Assembly: GCA_965153355.1 (NCBI GenBank)
Contig: OZ231126.1
Span: forward strand, 1,240,001-1,304,000
Length of the DNA stretch: 64,000 nucleotides
Reading direction: 5' to 3'
Origin: Flaccisagitta enflata
Taxonomy: Eukaryota
Shown piece after piece: positions 12,404-64,000 of this stretch (position 1 is its first letter; each line of letters opens with the position of its first letter). The notes beneath the pieces are model-generated. The model did no database searches. It worked only from the letters and a program-made list of their open reading frames with translations, and had not been told where the DNA came from. Both the position numbers and the translations under genes were made by a program.

Positions 12404-13175
12404 TTTAGATAGTATACGTGTTCACATTTTTTTTTCCGTAGAAATCAGCAGTAATCTGACATCTCACTTTTAGTTAAACACCCTCCATCCCGCTCTACAT
12501 GGGAAAGGAAAGTCGCCAACATCGCCTCTCTATGTAAAAATTCAAGGTCTTAGCTATCTCCATGTAAAATTTCATCATGCAGCGGGCATTTTCACTATCT
12601 ATATTGATCACATTACTTTTCCGCCTAACTATGTGAGACCTGTTATGAAGGCTTGGATTTTAGCCTCGAGGACAGGATTTTTTGTACAAGACTAAGATTT
12701 GAGCATTGAGGCTGGAATTTGGGCCTCCAGAGTGGGATCTGAGCCTTGAGGCGGGGATTTGAGCCTTGATGCTTGGGTTTGAGCCTTGAGGTTGGTATTT
12801 GAGCCTGGAGGCTGGGGTTTGAGCATGGAGGCTAAGATTTGGGCCTAAAGGCTGGGATTTGAGTCAAATTATCTATCAAGAAACAAAAACAACAATTAGG
12901 AGTAACATGCATTGTTTTTTTAGACAGTTCGATCTTAAAGCAGAGTCCGTTCATTGATCCATCCATCCGTCTGTTGGTCCATCTCTCACGCTCCAGTTGG
13001 AAAATGTATCGTAGCGCTTTTAAGATAGTATGTGTGTAAAAATGTGTGTTTAGATTTTGGAAGGGAGTGTGGAAGGGAGGGGCAAGGGTTGGACGACCTG
13101 GTTACCCGTTTACGACGATATTGTTACCCTCCGTTACTTGTTCTGATTGATACTTACCTTTTACTTGTTTGACAG

Positions 13176-58821
<45,646 letters not shown>

Positions 58822-59229
58822 GTAATGTGTGATGGGTGACAGTTGATTGATGAGTGAAGATAAATAACGGATAATTGGTGAGTGATGACTGATGAGCGAT
58901 GACAAATGTCAGGAGATTGGTGACAGTTGATAGGTAAGTGATGGCTGTTGATTTATGACAGAAGATTAATGACAGTTGCTAATATAGCAAGCCAGAATGA
59001 TTGGTGAGCTCGGCATATTCGCAAGTGATAGTTGATTGGTAACTGTTGAGTGATGATAGCTTATTGACAAATGACAACTTTTGCGAGTACTGCAAATAAT
59101 GCTTGGTAGATTTGCCAGTAATGGTGAGTTGGTGAGATTTGCTCAAAACGTACTGCAACCTTTTTTTTTTGAACACTCCCCTTGCTTACCCCCCCCCCCA
59201 AAAAAAAAAATTGAATAAAAAAATCTGTT

Positions 59230-62200
59230 CAGTTTCAGAGACGGCTTTTTTAACCACCTCCCTGATGCTAGTAATTAAACTTTAATCAGTGTAATGTAGG
59301 AGGCCACAAGAGCTTTTTGGGGAGAAGTGAAGGCCGCAACAGCAACAAGCAGATTTCACAGCAAGTGTTAGAAATGTATGTCCGTCCGTCTTTAGGTATG
59401 TGTGCTTTTGTCTCTTTTGCGTGCTTTTGGCTTTTTCTCTTCTTCGATTATTCAATGCCGCGTCTTTTGTTTCTCGCCATTTTTTATATTGAACGCTAGA
59501 TGGGTAACCATATGGTTGCGCCTTGTATTTTGTGCCATTTGTTTTTATTACGTAGGCGAACATACGTATCTCGTCTTTCGTATCATCCAATTTTTGGATT
59601 GATTGATTTTATTTATGTGCGGCATTGCTTCTTAAAGTGATTGATTGATTTTTCGTGATCGTTTGAATGCGCCCTTGGAATTCACTAATTTCAATAATCT
59701 CTCATCTTTTTATTGCAGATAAACTAATGAACGGACAATTAACGTTAATTTGACTCGACAGACTGTGGGTTGAAACCAACGAAAGTGGGCCTAAAAGTAA
59801 GTTTTATAGACGCGTGTTTGCTTTTATTATCGTTGTTTTTTATTTTGTCCTCCGGTCTGTTATTTTGTCTTTTGCCCTTTTGCATTTTTATCGCCGGATT
59901 TTAGTATGGTTTTTATCGCTTGCCCGATCAGCTTGCTATAGGGATGATATGGATGAATTTAATGGGATGGGCCGGGGCAGGGGCAGGTATTATCAGGTGG
60001 CATGGGCTCTGAAGAAGATGAACATGTTGTCATGTGCTGTTTCTGTCCTATTAGTCATCCGATCTCGATTTCATTTATTTATGTTGCTGACGATAACTTC
60101 ACTTCCCCCTCTCTTCAGTTGTTGAAATTTTTATGGAATAAAATGACGATCGCCTTCCTATTTTCCAATCGGCCAACTTTCTTTCACCACAAGTCGTCAG
60201 TCAGATAGACGCTCATAGACAGTGCCAGTTGAAACTGTGGGCGTAAGTTATATTTGAACAATTTAAAAACGACTCGATTCTTTTCATCTTCGACTCCGAA
60301 AGCGAAATTGGACAATGGCAGCCGCGTGTAACTGACATACCGGCTCTCGACTGCTTCAACGTCATCTCGGTATCTCACTTCGTTTGAATCAGTGTCCGAG
60401 GTCGAATCGTTTTGCCAGCACGAGGAACGACATCACTGCGGAAATGGAAGGATGCTGCGCTTTTCGACGCCGTTTCTACTTGCACCGAAGGAACGAACGA
60501 CCGACGACGCCGCCTGTGAATCAGATGGCGCTCGACACGGCCTTCGGGACATGGTCTACGACTTTATATCGTATGCAAGGCAAATGGCGCTCGACTCGAT
60601 GCCCGGCGACCCTCTTCGATTCGCGGCGTCTACTTTGCGTCGAATCCGGCGCGAATGGGACTCCATGCGTTTCTTTGATCGTGAAAACTATCCAGAGGTT
60701 TTCCTTCCAACGCCGACATCGTGAACAGTAGTGACATTGGAATCGCAAAGACCCGTCACCAATTCTCATGGAACAGTCTCCCAACCGACCCACGCCGCCC
60801 GTGACAATGTATACGCGCTCCGACAAGGATGCGGCGTCTTGCCAAACCCCGAGCGGATCCAGTATCTACCACTTCCGGTCCCGCGACATGGTGCGCAATC
60901 TCCAACTGGCGGCCAATTTTTAAATCTGCCGCCGATCCAAAGAGGAGATGCCGTCAATCAATGGGTATCAGATTTGGTCTCGGAAATTGAACCTGCCGCA
61001 TGCTCCGATGGAGCAAGCTGACGTACATGCTATGATCTGCACGACGCCGACGCTCTGCAAGAGGCAGTTTCATGGGATCAATAACGGATTGACGCCGCAG
61101 AGAGGCGAGGCGACGTCGTCAACAGAGTGCTGAATAATGATGGGGCAAGGCAGTTGGAGGAGGAATGCGACAAGGCCGTTTCGGTTGATTGACGATATGC
61201 AGCAGCAACAACGTGAGTGCGAGGAGCAGCGACATAACAGGAGCAACAGCAGCAGTATCACTGGGCAGATGGCAGCAGCAAACCCCAACAGCAACGCTGT
61301 AACTCCACCGACCACAGAGCATGTCGACGCTCAACGGCAGCAACAAGAGCTAATGTTGCAGCAGCAGTGCTGCAGTAACCCAAAGCCACTTTGTCAACAA
61401 GCATCCTGCAGCTTCAGGCGCTCAACAACAACAACAACATTATCAACAGCAACAACAGCAAACAGCAACAACAAACAAGAGCGGCGCATAAACGGCACTG
61501 TGCCACACTCTAAAACAACAGCGTCAAAACGATGCAGGAGAAAATATGCAACAGCAACAGCAGCAGCAACAGCAACCTTCCGCCGCAATCCCAGCGTGGT
61601 AGATCCTCTTCCGCTTCAACAAACTATCTTGTCGAAAGCATGAACGCTGGGTGAGAGTGGCCAGAAGAAGAGAGGACAGCAACGCCTGCAGATCAACGTT
61701 CACGCATGATGGCTGAAGGTGAAGGTGGTGGTGCAGCAACAGCTCCAAAGGCGCCGATCGCGGTGCCATTGGGATTCCAACAGCTGTTCTCATTTCAAGA
61801 AGACAAAGAGTTATATGACAGAATGTGTAATTTTCACCAGCAGCAGCAACGAGATGAAGATAGAAGAGCAGAGCATTCAACAATGCGGCAGAAATGCAAC
61901 GAAAGTACTGGAATAGCTTGAACGACGGCTGCATTGGTGGAGCTTTAGAGCAGAGGGATGTGAAGCTTAGACAACTGTCTGAGCTGGACCAGCAGCAGCC
62001 GCAGTATCCGCCAAAAGACCGTCGATCTGGCCTTCCAAAATTTCAACTGGATCAGTTTCAATTCGAACATACAGTAACGTTACATGTGCGCTTCAGTGGG
62101 AATGTCCGCCAAGCAGCCGATGCAGCAGCAGCAACAGTTGGAGCAGCAGCAGCAAGGACAGCAGCGCCACCACGGCAGCAGAATGAACAGCAACAGCGGC

Positions 62201-64000
62201 CCTGACCAGCAACAGCAGCCCAACATCAACAGTGGCAGCAGCAACGTGCTTCAACAACAGCAACAGCATCAGGGATTGTGCATCATCAAACCCCAGCAGC
62301 AACGATTCTCCCTACTGCACCGGAAGTGATCTTCGAGAAGCAGATTGGTTCCGCATAGAAGGGAGACTGGTCTTCCCATCAAGAGGAAAAGGTCTTCAAC
62401 ACAGCCGGATGCGGGGGTGATGCTACGGACGTGATAAGCTGGAGGTAGAGGCAAGAGGCCGCTGACGCGAAGTTGGCCCAGCAGCTGCAAGATAAAGAAA
62501 GAAGAAAAGTCGCTCCAAAGAAGACAACGACTGAATAGCAGCCAAAGGCGCCGAAAGTAGCGCAAGCGCCTAACGACGCCTCGAAGTGTCATCCAGCAGA
62601 ATCATCGCTTGCAGCAAGAAGTGGATAGTTTGAAGATGCAGATCCAGAGACTTTCTTGACCGCCAGAAGCGAGCAGAAGACACCTAAAAGAAGAATTAAA
62701 TAACAGCCACAGCATTGGTCCGCCAAGATTTTGATGCTCCCAGATTCCATCAAGATGATCGTCAACAACAAGTGAATCAGCAAGAGAGTTAGTGGAGGTA
62801 AAACCACCAAAAAGAGATCTCCGGTAAAAGTCGGGGGTCAATATGCCTTCATCCAACAACCCCAGCGTATCATCAAGGTGGAGCATCACTGGGCAGCCCA
62901 CAACCGAAGTCCATGTTCAGATGCCCAACAATCCAGCTCTGGACAGGTTTTTGGAAAGAGCGACGTATAATGATCTTACACAAGCAAGGGAGGTCTGCCT
63001 CAAAGCGTTGGAGAGAGCAAGACCTGAGAAGCTTCTGCAGGAGCTTTCATCCACCGACTTTATGATGTGGAAGAGGAAGTTTAAAGATGCTGAGAAGCAT
63101 GAGGGCTTGACGCGAATGGACATCTTATTGGAATTGCCCAAGTGGTTTGCTGGTCCGGCAAAGGAGATCATGGGAACTGCGACGATTGATGCAACTGAAG
63201 CAACAGCAAGAGGAGAAATTGACGACGCCTTTGCAAAAATGGACGTCGTCTTCATGGCGGGGCTGCAACATTGCGGCGCTGTTCAACGAAATCGCCGCGG
63301 AGGCGAAGATCCAGTCGGCCGACCATGCATGGTTCACCCTGTCTGCAAGGCTGCAGCAAAGAAGATTAAGTAGAGACCTGTGAGAGGGCAACAATGCTAT
63401 CGTGACGCAGCTGCTGCAGGAGATCCTCAATAAGAGGGTCCTCTATCTTGCAGATAAATTCTGTAGCAAATATGAAGCAGCCCAAAATGGACAATTATTT
63501 TCATTCGACAACTCAATCAATATGATCGAGACATGGGCGGTGATTCAGCGCAACATGGGGCGCAAGTTGCAAAACAGCATCAGTGGCAGCAGTCGCAACT
63601 ACAGAGAAAGAAGCGCCATCATCATATGAAGATGCTTGACCAATGGTGCTGGGCAAAGACGAAGTCGACGGACCGGCTGCAACGCCTGCAGGGAAATGCA
63701 GATCAGACGTAAAGAATGCTGTCAGCTGTTAGAGTTGAAGGACGCGGTATTCAAAAAGATCGCGTCTCGTCGCTCTTTGCTTCCACCGTCGCGCCAAGAC
63801 ACAACGCCAAAGGATGCGCGAACAGACCGACTTGCCAAAACTGCAAGTAGTGGCACGCAACGATTCTCCACGAACGCACTCTATAAGAAAGAAGAAAAGG
63901 AAGAGAAGAAAGGAGAAAAAAAGCAGGGAAATAAAGTAACGTTGGCTTTTCAAAGTCAGGAGGATGGCAGCAGCAGCACCCAACAGCCTGGCTGACGGCG
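59230..64000 (+). mobile_element. Probable decayed BEL/Pao LTR retrotransposon (5' part) in a TRPC intron
   Basis: Higher-GC, CAG/CAA-rich broken ORFs (about 60300-62800) lead into the gag remnant. LTR and PBS not identified, so the left boundary is approximate. Confidence 0.5.
62843..63890 (+). pseudogene. Degenerate BEL/Pao LTR-retrotransposon gag (DUF1759-like region plus Cys-His knuckles)
   Basis: DFMMWKRKFKDA..LTRMDILLELPKWFAGPAKEI, then frameshifted pieces, then CFH..HNAKGCANRPTCQNCK*WHATILH at about 63778-63875, matching the BEL/Pao Gag CFxC..H..C..CxxC..HxTLLH pattern; stops and frameshifts present. Confidence 0.75.

Noticed and set aside
59230-60300. LTR and primer-binding site of the BEL/Pao element
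   Set aside because: No second LTR in the window and no recognisable tRNA-complementary PBS, so boundaries cannot be supported.

Overview
Repeat-rich eukaryotic (metazoan, probably invertebrate) genomic DNA; no prokaryotic features, rRNA, tRNA or CRISPR were recognised. The backbone is a + strand TRPC-family cation channel gene. Seven phase-compatible GT-AG exons (13176-58821, pre-S1 to the S4-S5 linker) were reconstructed by hand; both ends of the gene lie outside what I could find here. Its 38.2-kb intron (17267-55451) holds a complete antisense 9-exon MFS transporter gene (ZIF/ZIFL-like, 27245 to 19684, about 707 aa) and many transposons. Upstream is an uninterrupted ORF (7201-9396) encoding a putative parallel beta-helix protein whose MYND zinc finger appears split by about 258 residues. 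The window ends in a degenerate BEL/Pao-type gag region. The rest is non-autonomous DNA transposons (about 20 Helentron/HINE-like copies, Tc1/mariner-pogo-like and hAT-like MITEs, a 5.1-kb Transib-like element with CAGTG target duplication), satellites and microsatellites. The most unusual signal: at five or more exon-intron boundaries in both spliced genes, the junction itself (exon end plus splice site) has been tandemly copied into the adjacent intron, leaving arrays of decoy splice sites.
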